From positions 1 to 64,000 of the IMG/VR virus record IMGVR_UViG_2519899680_000008: 64,000 nt of DNA. One strand, given 5' to 3'. This DNA comes from a virus (lineage: Duplodnaviria > Caudoviricetes). The first letter of the stretch is position 1. Each line of letters begins with the position of its first letter. The notes under the pieces are model-generated. The model did not search any database. It saw nothing but the letters and a program-made list of their open reading frames with translations, and had not been told where the DNA came from. The translations under genes and the position numbers were made by a program. Positions 47,458 through 56,332 of this stretch are shown here, piece by piece.

Positions 47458-48507
47458 TTATTCGCTTTTCTTGTATGCGGTATGGACCACTATCTCCGCC
47501 GGACGGACGATGTTCACGTCCATTTTCATTCTCATCTGGAAGAAGAAAAGTTCGGAGTTGGCCTGCAGGCGGTCGATTTTCAGGATATCCGTGTCATTGG
47601 CGTAATCGACCCCCATCCAGAGGTTGGAGTCCATCCCGGTCGAGAATTCTCCGAGCACCATCGTGTGTTCGGGGATACCGACGATAGGAATGACGCGCTT
47701 CCCCTTGAAACGGTAGCGGTTGACCTCGGTATTCTCGGAGTACTTGACCTGCTTGTCCGAGATGTACTGGTCGTACGCGTCCCAGGCATCCCAGCCGACG
47801 ATGAACGCCAGCGATGTCTTCTTGCGGATCTGCTTGGGACATTTTTTCCACATCGAGTAAAGGGCCGCTTCCACGGCAGCGCCGTCCGTGAGTTCGGTCG
47901 TGCCGGAAACGATGCACTGTCCGCCGGCCTTCACCTCGGCATCCTGCGAGTTCACGTTGTCGAGGATGCGCTTGATGACCCCGTCGAAATACTTTTCCTT
48001 GTTGGCGCCGATTTTCGTGCACCCTTCCGGTGCGGTAACTTTGGCTACCGTCTCTCCGCCGCGGGCGGAAGTCCAGATGGCGTTGCCGATGTACTCGTTC
48101 TTCTTGTCCATCAGCAGACGGAGCATCGTGGCCTGGATTTTGGGGTCCAGCTCACGGAACACGAGGTTGCCTTCCGGCTGGGCGAACTTCCAGTACTTCT
48201 CGTAGTCCCTCGGGTTGAACTCCAGGTAAATCATGAAGTCCGACGGTTCGAGATAGCGTTCGGTGAACTGGTACTCGTTGCTGCCGTCATCGCCTTTCGC
48301 CCCGTGTATGGGCTGCGGTGTCGGGACATTGTCCTGGATGATGTTTCCTAATTTGATGGCAGGGAGCGTGTAGCGGTGCTGGATGCCCGTCTTGATGTGG
48401 ATCAGCCCCTCGCGGACCGTGTCGTTGCCCTGCACGGTATAGGTCAGCAGGTCTTCAAGCACCTCGCCGCTATACCCGTTCTGAAGAAAGTTTACTGTAT
48501 CAGCCAT
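47458..48507 (-). CDS. Major capsid protein
   Basis: 349 aa, downstream of the protease/scaffold; start reassigned to MADTVNFLQ. Confidence 0.75.
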   Translation of the reverse strand: MADTVNFLQNGYSGEVLEDLLTYTVQGNDTVREGLIHIKTGIQHRYTLPAIKLGNIIQDNVPTPQPIHGAKGDDGSNEYQFTERYLEPSDFMIYLEFNPRDYEKYWKFAQPEGNLVFRELDPKIQATMLRLLMDKKNEYIGNAIWTSARGGETVAKVTAPEGCTKIGANKEKYFDGVIKRILDNVNSQDAEVKAGGQCIVSGTTELTDGAAVEAALYSMWKKCPKQIRKKTSLAFIVGWDAWDAYDQYISDKQVKYSENTEVNRYRFKGKRVIPIVGIPEHTMVLGEFSTGMDSNLWMGVDYANDTDILKIDRLQANSELFFFQMRMKMDVNIVRPAEIVVHTAYKKSE

Positions 48508-48627
48508 TGTCGATCTAAGTTGTCTGGTGAAAAATGAAACTTGGCCGACTGGCGGATACATTCCGCACGAGACCGTGGGGTCTCCGGCATGTCAATTGAA
48601 CAAGTGTATGCAGTCCCGGAAGTCCGG

Positions 48628-49173
48628 TCAGCGGAGCTTCTTGAACTTGAAGTCGCTGCCGACCACTTCCGCCACCTTTTCCGCCATCAGCTGCTCGGCA
48701 GTCTTGGCGGTATCTGTCGCGGACTGTATGTTGGCAGGGTCTTCCGCGATTTCCTTGGAAATCTTCTCCCTGGCAGGAATGGACGCCAGCGTGCTCTCTG
48801 CCAGCTCAAAATTGGAGCCGGCCATCTCCACCCACTGCGCCTTTGCCTCGCGGTCGATTTTTCCCTCGTTGATGGCGTTCTCCACCAGCGTCTCGATGCG
48901 TGCAGCCTGCTCGTCCTTCTCCTTCTGTTCATAGGCGGAAAGGCGGGACGTGGCGGTCGCCAGGTCCTTCTGCAGGTTTTGGATGGCGGCATCCTTTCCC
49001 GCGATCACGGTCTGCGCGTCGCTCAGGGACTTCTGCGCTTCCTTGTACTTGGTCTCTATGGCCGCAAGCTCCGATATGCGTGCCATCACGTCCTTGACCT
49101 CCTTGTCCTGCATGCCTAAAGAAGCGGCTATCGCTCCGTATTCGATACCTTGTGTCTTGTTCTCGTTTGCCAT
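48628..49173 (-). CDS. Nested in-frame scaffold protein (MANENKTQ..., 181 aa)
   Basis: Internal ATG preceded by a consensus phage promoter motif at 49192-49221. Confidence 0.6.
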   Translation of the reverse strand: MANENKTQGIEYGAIAASLGMQDKEVKDVMARISELAAIETKYKEAQKSLSDAQTVIAGKDAAIQNLQKDLATATSRLSAYEQKEKDEQAARIETLVENAINEGKIDREAKAQWVEMAGSNFELAESTLASIPAREKISKEIAEDPANIQSATDTAKTAEQLMAEKVAEVVGSDFKFKKLR

Positions 49174-49872
49174 ATTGTCTTCTGTTTCTCTAAGAGTAGG
49201 TGCAGGCGGGATAAAAAGTTTGTTCTCGTCGCAGACGCGGCTCATCAGCTCCTGGATAGCGGTGGTATCGGTCAAGGCGGAAACCTGGTCGTGTACTCTC
49301 TCGCACAACTGTTTCGAGGTACGGATGACATTCCCGGCAGGGATGATACCCGCCTTGACGGCTGCTGCCGCATCGAAATACGTTCCGTCCTTTCCGGCTT
49401 CCCCGTCCATGATGGACCTGACATGTTCCGCCTTCAGCCCGAAGCGTTTCCGGTATATGGTTTCAATCTGGCGGGTGAAAGCCCTGACCATGTCCGAGGC
49501 TTCCCCGTCGCCCTCACCGTCCGGCAACATGGGATTATGTATCATCAGGATGGCATAATCCCTCATGAGAGACCGTCTGCCTGCCGCCCAGATGATCGAT
49601 GCCATGGAAGCCGCCACTCCTTCGATGATACATTCCGTGTCGGTCTTGGAGTTGGCGATGGTGGAATAGGTGGACATTCCGTACAGCACGCTGCCCCCTT
49701 CCGAATTGATCAGTATCCTGATGCAGGACGGGCGTATCACGTTCTCCAGGAAATCGAACTCCTCGTTGAAACGCGAGGTGCTCTCTTCCGTTACCCTTCC
49801 GAAAAAGCGGATGACGGCCGGTTCTCCGGCCTTCACCTCGCCAACGACGTATTGAAGCGTGTTCACATCCAT
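48628..49872 (-). CDS. ClpP-like head maturation protease fused to a scaffold domain
   Basis: INSEGGSV, GVAASMASII, LMIHNP; coiled-coil C-terminal half. Confidence 0.88.
   Translation of the reverse strand: MDVNTLQYVVGEVKAGEPAVIRFFGRVTEESTSRFNEEFDFLENVIRPSCIRILINSEGGSVLYGMSTYSTIANSKTDTECIIEGVAASMASIIWAAGRRSLMRDYAILMIHNPMLPDGEGDGEASDMVRAFTRQIETIYRKRFGLKAEHVRSIMDGEAGKDGTYFDAAAAVKAGIIPAGNVIRTSKQLCERVHDQVSALTDTTAIQELMSRVCDENKLFIPPAPTLRETEDNMANENKTQGIEYGAIAASLGMQDKEVKDVMARISELAAIETKYKEAQKSLSDAQTVIAGKDAAIQNLQKDLATATSRLSAYEQKEKDEQAARIETLVENAINEGKIDREAKAQWVEMAGSNFELAESTLASIPAREKISKEIAEDPANIQSATDTAKTAEQLMAEKVAEVVGSDFKFKKLR
49192..49221 (-). promoter_or_regulatory. Intragenic putative phage-sigma promoter (AAACT-N17-CTACTCTT)
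   Basis: Bipartite motif copy inside the protease CDS. Confidence 0.65.
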
Positions 49873-49891
49873 ATAGAATTATCTTTTGTGC

Positions 49892-49921
49892 AAGAATAGG
49901 AACGTCGCGTGAAGAAAGTTG
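49892..49921 (-). promoter_or_regulatory. Putative phage-sigma promoter (CAACT-N17-CTATTCTT)
   Basis: Bipartite motif copy. Confidence 0.7.
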
Positions 49922-50052
49922 AACAGGGCTTGGAAGCGGTGCAGGACGTACAGTCTGTTTGTTGCGTTTATTGGATAGAACTAAAATATTATTTTAGAAA
50001 CTAGCAACAAACGCAACCGTCCGTTAAGGTATTCCTAAAGACAAATCCCGTT

Positions 50053-50799
50053 TTATGATTCTTTCTCTCCGCCCTCTTCCGGTCCTTCGGACGGTCCGTC
50101 CGTTTCCCCGGAGGTACAGAAACCGGAGACCTCCCCGTATCCCGGCTCCGGATGATGCCCGTGATTCTGCAAGTCATGCCCCGGCGCGTCGCCGTGTTGC
50201 GTAAACGGCGGCATGACCAGGTAGCGTTTCACCCAGTTCCTGTACCGCCATGCGGATGACTCCCTGAACCAGACCTCGTAGTCTATCCAGTACGCCTGCA
50301 GCATATTGGTCGTCAGCGGCATGTCGAAATAGGTCAGGTTGCACCGTTCGTTCAGCGCGGGTTCCCTTTCCTTGGCATCCTGGATTGCCATATTGAGCCG
50401 CTGGAAGACAAGGAACGCCTCGCACTCCCTGTCCTCGTCCATGTTGTTGAGCGTGTTGAGCACAAAACGTACACGCATGGTCGCACGCCCTTCACCGATA
50501 CGCTGCTGCTGTACAAGGTACCTCACATTGATAAAGTGGATGAAGACAGCGGGAAAAGCCGTCTCGTATTCCGTGTTCTCGCCACGCACGATCCGGGCGA
50601 ACTGCCCGTTGTCGATGGCCACCGTCTTGAAGAATGCGGGCGACGAGGGGTCATCCGGGTTTTCCCGGACCGTGAGGATGGCCCTTTTCACCGCCATGTA
50701 CATGTTCACGAACGGGTTATCAGGGACTTCTTCCGGGACATTTTCCACGGGAGAGGGCTGTACTGCGGCGGGCTGCCGGGTATGCTTATCTTTTATCAT
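50053..50799 (-). CDS. Hypothetical protein, possible neck/tail-terminator protein
   Basis: FPAVFIHF motif; position in the head module. Confidence 0.5.
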   Translation of the reverse strand: MIKDKHTRQPAAVQPSPVENVPEEVPDNPFVNMYMAVKRAILTVRENPDDPSSPAFFKTVAIDNGQFARIVRGENTEYETAFPAVFIHFINVRYLVQQQRIGEGRATMRVRFVLNTLNNMDEDRECEAFLVFQRLNMAIQDAKEREPALNERCNLTYFDMPLTTNMLQAYWIDYEVWFRESSAWRYRNWVKRYLVMPPFTQHGDAPGHDLQNHGHHPEPGYGEVSGFCTSGETDGPSEGPEEGGEKES

Positions 50800-51376
50800 C
50801 GTGCGGGAATCCTTTAAAAATCATATCCATAAAATGCGAGGCTATATATTCTTCCACTCCCGGGGAAAAACCGATGAACTGCCGGTGGACGGGACGACGG
50901 GATGAATACTGGTTGACAGTGTACAGCCCGAATTTCGGGTCGGTGTTGTGGACGGCTGCATAGTGCCCGTACCGTTCGCGGCTCTTGCCCCGCTTTCCTT
51001 TGGCCGGAACGCTTTTCTCCGTTGTCCAGATGGTGTAATAGGCCCCCTTGCGGAAAATGCGCGTGCGGTTGGTACGGCGTCCCTCGATATCCACCCGTGA
51101 AGCTTTCCCCTCTATGCTCCTGGCCAGCGTCCCGGTATCGTTCATCATCGGATGGGTGAACCTCTTTCCCCACCTGGATGTCCGGGGAGCCCATTTGCTT
51201 TCCCCGCAGAAGCCCCCGGAGGAGAACGAGGACTGGAACCGCCCCTTCGTGTATTCCCCCGCGGCGGTGACGAAATCGAATACATTGTGTTCCAGCCGGC
51301 TTGCCATCACCCGGGTCCATTTCCCCTGTACCCAATGGGAGCAGAATTCATCAAGCGTTATCTTGGGCATAGGCAA
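50786..51376 (-). CDS. Virion morphogenesis protein (Mu gpG / tail completion-like)
   Basis: KWAPR, NDTGTLARSI, YAAVHN, RQFIG motifs. Confidence 0.75.
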   Translation of the reverse strand: MPMPKITLDEFCSHWVQGKWTRVMASRLEHNVFDFVTAAGEYTKGRFQSSFSSGGFCGESKWAPRTSRWGKRFTHPMMNDTGTLARSIEGKASRVDIEGRRTNRTRIFRKGAYYTIWTTEKSVPAKGKRGKSRERYGHYAAVHNTDPKFGLYTVNQYSSRRPVHRQFIGFSPGVEEYIASHFMDMIFKGFPHDDKR

Positions 51377-52229
51377 ACCGGGATTTCAGGCGGGCGACCG
51401 TTTCCTTGACGTGTTCCGGCAGAGGTAGGGAGAAGTACCTGTGCGCGTCGGAGAATATCCGCCCCCCAGTTGCGAGACTCTCCCTGAATACGGGGTCTGT
51501 CATCCGGCGGACGCCCCTGTTCACAGCCGAAGCATGGACGGAAGCAAAACCGTTGGAGACCAGGAAGCAGCGGCATCCCCAGTCGATAGGCGGAATCAGC
51601 TCGGGAGGGAACTCGGACTTGCGGAAAGAGACCCCCTCGAGGGAAAGGTGCAGCGCGCGGACGCGCTCGTCGCCCTGTGTCATGTACGTGATGACGGAAT
51701 CACCATCCACCGTAATCCACCAGGCAGCCATCGCTGCGGCGAAAAACACCTGGCCGTTCTCCTGTTCCGCATAGGTGAGATTGTACCGCTCGCAGATATC
51801 TTCATACTCGGGCAGCCTGTCCCCGTCAGGTTCGTCCGGCAGTTCCCTGTACATGGAGTATTCTTCCGCGGCGGCAAAGTCTATCAGGTTCTCTACCGCA
51901 GCAACGAGGATCTCCCGCTGCTGCCGTTCCCGTTCTGTCATCGCCCCGTTATGGTTTCTGAGAATATCCAATGCCCGGTCGAAGTCCATCCTGAACCCGC
52001 TCAATGCCCTATCTATCAGAAAGGAGGCCCGCAGGGTGATGATGTCCTCCAGCAAGTCCCGCCTTTCCGCACTGTCTTCCCAGTGCCGGACGAGCCTGCG
52101 GAATGCCTTGAGGATGATACGGTATTCCTTTCCGGTGTCCGTTTCGTCTTTTTCCCTGTCCTTGCCTGTTTCCGTTCGGCCTTCCGGGAGCGGAAGCCGG
52201 GCCGTTATTCCGCTCCCGTGAGAAAATTT
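51351..52229 (-). CDS. Minor head protein (Mu gpF/SPP1 gp7-like); frame open back to the portal slippery site
   Basis: YMTQGDERVRALH, PPIDWGCRC; no ATG/GTG/TTG upstream of TTG 52055 although the frame is open to 52229. Confidence 0.75.
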   Translation of the reverse strand, partial: KFSHGSGITARLPLPEGRTETGKDREKDETDTGKEYRIILKAFRRLVRHWEDSAERRDLLEDIITLRASFLIDRALSGFRMDFDRALDILRNHNGAMTERERQQREILVAAVENLIDFAAAEEYSMYRELPDEPDGDRLPEYEDICERYNLTYAEQENGQVFFAAAMAAWWITVDGDSVITYMTQGDERVRALHLSLEGVSFRKSEFPPELIPPIDWGCRCFLVSNGFASVHASAVNRGVRRMTDPVFRESLATGGRIFSDAHRYFSLPLPEHVKETVARLKSRFAYAQDNA

Positions 52230-53518
52230 AGCACCCTGGTGCCGCGTGAACGCCCGTACCTGCGGAAATACTCCTCGTCCGACATGATATGCCTGTCACC
52301 GGAACTTCCGCCATGGGAAGCGCCACCATACCCTCCGGGAAGCACGTTCAGCTGTTTTCCCACGTTGATGCCGAATTCCTTTTCAATCTCGTCCGCCGCA
52401 ACCTCGTACTTGTCCGTGATAAGCGAATAGAGCTTGATACGGTCCTCGTTGCACATCTCGATGCGGTTGGAGTATTTGAATTCCAGCCCGTCCTCGATAT
52501 ACCCCATGGCCACCAGCCGGGGAACCACCTTCTCGTTCATCACGTTCTCGATATAGCGCCTGTACACCTCTATGCGGTCCCGGAAAATATCCTGGTGCGC
52601 CTTGGTGGAGCCCACGTACGACTGCATGCCGCCCGCCATGGATTCCGAGCCGAGAACCAGGTTTGACACCTCCTTGTTGACGAAGTCTATCAGGCCCGTG
52701 TAGATCTTTTCCGAATTGGACATCGTGAAAGTCTTGATATCCACTTCATCCTCGATACCCGTCACCACAACCTTGTTCTGCGCGGCATTGGCTATCTCGT
52801 TGGCCAGGCGCTTGCGGTCCGCGTTGCTCTCGCTGACCGTCTTCCCGTGGATGACAGGTTGCCCGTACGTGTGTGAAAAATTCACATAGTTGGCCACCGT
52901 GAACTTCTTGGCGAGGATAAGCGGTGTCGTCGCGGAAAAAAGCCCAAGGTCACCGGAATCGACCAGCACATAGTTCCTCCGGTAGGACGGGTTGCGCAAA
53001 TCCCAGTGCGGCATCCACATGCCCTGACGTTTCAGCACGACGAGCTGGTCGGGCAGCACGTTGCGCCGCTCTATGGTGTTCACTTCGGCCAGTTTTCCGG
53101 TTTTGGGGTCTGTCGCGGGCATGATTTCCAGCAGCGTGTACCCGTACAGCTTGGACTCCACGATGCCCTTGATGATTTTGTCGAACTGAGACCCCTGTAT
53201 TTTCTGGGTCTGGCGGATATCCTTGACATATTTCCCCTTCTCGTTGACGCGGGCCAGCATGTAGCGGTCCCCGAGTATCTGGCTTTCCAGCGTCTCGATG
53301 ACCGACCGTATGTGCGCGTCCTGCTGAAGACAGGCTTCATACAGGTCTATCAGCCTCGACCGGTCATCGAGTATGCAGCCGGCCTCCACATCGCTGCGGC
53401 AGGAACGGTAACGGTTGTTCCGCTCGATTTCACGGACGTACTCCTGGATGGTTTTCTTGGAAGTCCTGAAGATACTTTCCAGCAGTTCCCCGTTGAATGA
53501 ATGATCCGATGTCGCCAT
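52205..53518 (-). CDS. Portal protein (Mu gp29/DUF935-like)
   Basis: DAHIRSVIE, LYGYTLLEI, FSHTYGQP, NKEVSNLVLG. Confidence 0.82.
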   Translation of the reverse strand: MATSDHSFNGELLESIFRTSKKTIQEYVREIERNNRYRSCRSDVEAGCILDDRSRLIDLYEACLQQDAHIRSVIETLESQILGDRYMLARVNEKGKYVKDIRQTQKIQGSQFDKIIKGIVESKLYGYTLLEIMPATDPKTGKLAEVNTIERRNVLPDQLVVLKRQGMWMPHWDLRNPSYRRNYVLVDSGDLGLFSATTPLILAKKFTVANYVNFSHTYGQPVIHGKTVSESNADRKRLANEIANAAQNKVVVTGIEDEVDIKTFTMSNSEKIYTGLIDFVNKEVSNLVLGSESMAGGMQSYVGSTKAHQDIFRDRIEVYRRYIENVMNEKVVPRLVAMGYIEDGLEFKYSNRIEMCNEDRIKLYSLITDKYEVAADEIEKEFGINVGKQLNVLPGGYGGASHGGSSGDRHIMSDEEYFRRYGRSRGTRVLNFLTGAE

Positions 53519-53538
53519 TGCCTCCGATATTTTTTATA

Positions 53539-53568
53539 AAGAGTAGCCGTCCTACCGGAACATGGTTT
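53539..53568 (-). promoter_or_regulatory. Putative phage-sigma promoter (AAACC-N17-CTACTCTT) for the portal operon
   Basis: Bipartite motif copy. Confidence 0.7.
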
Positions 53569-53754
53569 ATACCCCGGCAAAGTATATGAAAAGAGGAATC
53601 CTCCGAGCTTATAAATCAAATCGTAATATCTTACTTTAATATACAGTTATTACTGTTTGAAAAACGATATAAATACCTTATTATCAATATAAAAACACGA
53701 TAATAAAATCGTAAAAAGTATGTTTTTAGTTATTATAATTACGGTAAAATCATA

Positions 53755-53762
53755 TATCTTTG
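53755..53762 (+). promoter_or_regulatory. Host-type -7 element TATCTTTG of the divergent regulatory operon
   Basis: TAnnTTTG in an AT-rich intergenic region. Confidence 0.55.
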
Positions 53763-53803
53763 CGCGGCAAATTCTCCATATACAAAATTATAATTATGAC
53801 AAA

Positions 53804-54247
53804 GTGAAAACGAAGACTCAAACATTCCCTTGCCGGGATATCCGGTACAGGGAGTTCCCCGACCTGTTGTTCGGGTCTCTGGCGGAAGAAGGACCGTTCT
53901 ATTTCGACGCCACGCGTTTCATCATTTCGCGGGGAGATGCCCGCAGGCACAGCGTGGACGGGTTCCGTGCCGCTTTCCGGCACTGGATTACGGTGCTGTG
54001 CGAAACCTACGGGACAGATGCGGGGGAACTTTTTATCCGGGACGGGACATCGGGGCACATGCTGGTTGACGAATGCCTGGCGCTGCTGTTTGTCGTCTAT
54101 GTCGAACCTGCATTCGGGGCGTACCTTTTGGAACGCATGGAAGAAATGATGTCCAGCGGCTTTACAGTTTCAGACACTTGGCTGGCAACGGTCTCCAGCC
54201 GTAGATTTACCAAAGAGGAATTAACGCAATTTTTTAGAGAATCATGA
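53804..54247 (+). CDS. Hypothetical protein, possibly divergent KilA-N-like
   Basis: YFDATRF...GHMLVDECLALLFVVYVEPAF pattern; GTG start chosen downstream of the promoter. Confidence 0.5.
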   Translation: MKTKTQTFPCRDIRYREFPDLLFGSLAEEGPFYFDATRFIISRGDARRHSVDGFRAAFRHWITVLCETYGTDAGELFIRDGTSGHMLVDECLALLFVVYVEPAFGAYLLERMEEMMSSGFTVSDTWLATVSSRRFTKEELTQFFRES

Positions 54248-54606
54248 GACGAAGTTCATTTAAACGACCAAAGATGGTGCTCATATTCAACGGGGCACAA
54301 GTTCTTGTTGCCGTTACACGTTCGCTTCATAGTGCGGCGGAACTGACCAAAGGCAACCTGCAAGCAATCTCTTTTTGCTGTACAGGCAAGTATGTCTGCA
54401 GCGGCGGGCTGTATTTCCGGCATCTTCATCCCGACGTGGAGATAGAGATGCCGGACCTTGGCACGCTTCAGCTGAAAGATTACGATGCCTTGTGCGGTGA
54501 AAGGCGTACCTACTATCCGGTCAAGAAGATGGCACGCAAGCGTGCGCTGATTGAAAATAGAAGGAAATCAAAAGAACAGGGAGGGGACGGCCATGAGGGA
54601 GAATAG
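54244..54606 (+). CDS. NUMOD1-like DNA-binding protein
   Basis: SLHSAAELTKGNLQAISFCCTGK...GGLYFR. Confidence 0.5.
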   Translation: MRRSSFKRPKMVLIFNGAQVLVAVTRSLHSAAELTKGNLQAISFCCTGKYVCSGGLYFRHLHPDVEIEMPDLGTLQLKDYDALCGERRTYYPVKKMARKRALIENRRKSKEQGGDGHEGE

Positions 54607-55720
54607 GAACATTCCGTTCAGGAACTGGAACATCCGTGTGTCCAAGGACCACAACGGGCAGGTAAATATATGTGCGGCCGACATCTGCCAGATACTCAAA
54701 CGCGGGGAGCTGCTGGAAGACGGCTCCATCGCCGACATCTGCCCCTCGTCCCTGCGCGTCCGGTTCCGCAGGAACGGGCACGAGCAGTGGAGCTTCCGCC
54801 CGGCGGACATGAGACGGCTTCTGCAGCATGTCCGCAAGGCGACTACTTTACCCCGTGACCTGCTCGATGATCTGGAAGCATGGGGAAACAAGCTCCTGGA
54901 ACTGGAGGCGGGCGAGATGCATTCCGTTCCGCAGAACGATACCGTCCTTTTCTTCACGGAGGACTTCCCGGTCACGTTCCGCAGGACAGGGGGCAGGCTG
55001 ATGGTCAACGCCACGCAGATTACCATGCGTTACGGCAAGATCCCGTCCGAATGGCTGCGCACCGCGTCAACGGACCGGCTGCGTCGGGAGATGGCCAGCA
55101 GCGGGCGTACCGGCAGGTATGAATCCCAGATTTTCACCACGAGGGGAAGAGGGCATGGAGCCACGTGGGTGGAGTCCCCGCTGGTTGTCCCGCTCGCGTG
55201 CTGGCTGACCCAGGACCGCAGCCTGGCGGAATGGTGCGAGCACGCCATCGTGGGACTCACGGAAAGGCCGGCGGCAAGACCCCGTAAAACCATCCGGAAA
55301 GCCGTTACCGGCATCCATTGCCTGGAATGTCCCATTCCGGAGGACATGCCCGGGGCCGTGAGGCTGATCCATGAGCTCAGGAGGGTGATAGAGGACTCCA
55401 TGCCCAAGATTGTCTTCTACGAGGAGTTCATCGAGAACAGGGACTGGTTCAAGAGCACACGCATCGCCGACGAGCTCGGAATCACGCCGTACCAGCTCCA
55501 CCGGTTCCTGAGCGAGGAAGGCATCTGCAAGTACGAGAAGAGGCAGTGGGTCGTGTTCCCCTCGTACAGGGCGTGGCAGTGCGATGTCCCGTACCTGTGG
55601 GAAAACTCCCGCGGCAAGGTCTACACGTTCGGCTCCACCAAGCGCTGGACACAGGCGGGAAGGGAGTGCATCATCGAGCTGTGGCAGAGGAAGAACCCGG
55701 AACTGCAGAAAGGGAGGTGA
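54593..55720 (+). CDS. Antirepressor-like protein (BRO-like + KilA-N + KilAC/ANT domains)
   Basis: MVNATQITMRYGK.PSEWLR, GHGATW; PKIVFYEEF...IADELGI...WTQAGREC. Confidence 0.8.
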   Translation: MRENRNIPFRNWNIRVSKDHNGQVNICAADICQILKRGELLEDGSIADICPSSLRVRFRRNGHEQWSFRPADMRRLLQHVRKATTLPRDLLDDLEAWGNKLLELEAGEMHSVPQNDTVLFFTEDFPVTFRRTGGRLMVNATQITMRYGKIPSEWLRTASTDRLRREMASSGRTGRYESQIFTTRGRGHGATWVESPLVVPLACWLTQDRSLAEWCEHAIVGLTERPAARPRKTIRKAVTGIHCLECPIPEDMPGAVRLIHELRRVIEDSMPKIVFYEEFIENRDWFKSTRIADELGITPYQLHRFLSEEGICKYEKRQWVVFPSYRAWQCDVPYLWENSRGKVYTFGSTKRWTQAGRECIIELWQRKNPELQKGR

Positions 55721-55722
55721 AC

Positions 55723-56160
55723 ATGGAGACGGCGTTACAGAGAATCATACGTCAGACAGGGCGTGAGCCCGTGGAATGCGGGTGCGCCTTGTGCCGGCAG
55801 CAGTGCCGCACGCCGTGTCTCGGCACACCGGAGAATATCCTCCGGCTCATACATGCCGGGTATAAAGAGCGGCTGGCGCCCACCTTGTGGTGCGTCGGCA
55901 TGATACTCGGACGTATCGCCTATCCCGTATACATGGTCCAGGCCAGAGGGGAGAAGGACGGGTGTGTGTTTTTTCACGATGGCCTCTGCGAACTGCACGG
56001 GACCGGCATGAAACCCACAGAGGGGCGGCTGTCCTACCACACCATTACCGGGGAGAACCTGGAATTCGGGCGGTCACTTTCCTGGAACGTGGCCAGAGAA
56101 TGGCTGGATGAAAGGAACCGGCCGGTCATACGGGAGATAGTCAGGCTGATGACGGGGTGA
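55723..56160 (+). CDS. Cys-rich (YkgJ-like cysteine cluster) protein
   Basis: CGCALCRQQCRTPC and GCVFFHDGLCELH...KP. Confidence 0.55.
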   Translation: METALQRIIRQTGREPVECGCALCRQQCRTPCLGTPENILRLIHAGYKERLAPTLWCVGMILGRIAYPVYMVQARGEKDGCVFFHDGLCELHGTGMKPTEGRLSYHTITGENLEFGRSLSWNVAREWLDERNRPVIREIVRLMTG

Positions 56161-56269
56161 TGGAGAGCGCGACCCGGTGAAACCGGAACACCGTTATAGC
56201 GTAATATTAACTGTTAATTCCTCTTCGGTACGGTTTCACGGGTCTGCCTCCATTAATTCATACCATTTC

Positions 56270-56300
56270 CAACCTGTTCATATCAATCGGCACTATACTT
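56270..56300 (+). promoter_or_regulatory. Putative phage-sigma promoter (CAACC-N18-CTATACTT)
   Basis: Only plus-strand copy of the motif noticed. Confidence 0.55.
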
Positions 56301-56332
56301 CAAGTGTATTGTTTAATTTAAAATGCCGATTT

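Noticed and set aside
3000-53500. Many long plus-strand ORFs (e.g. 3000-4496, 22623-23810, 37836-39080)
   Set aside because: Antisense shadows of GC-rich minus-strand genes that have recognisable motifs; no independent features.
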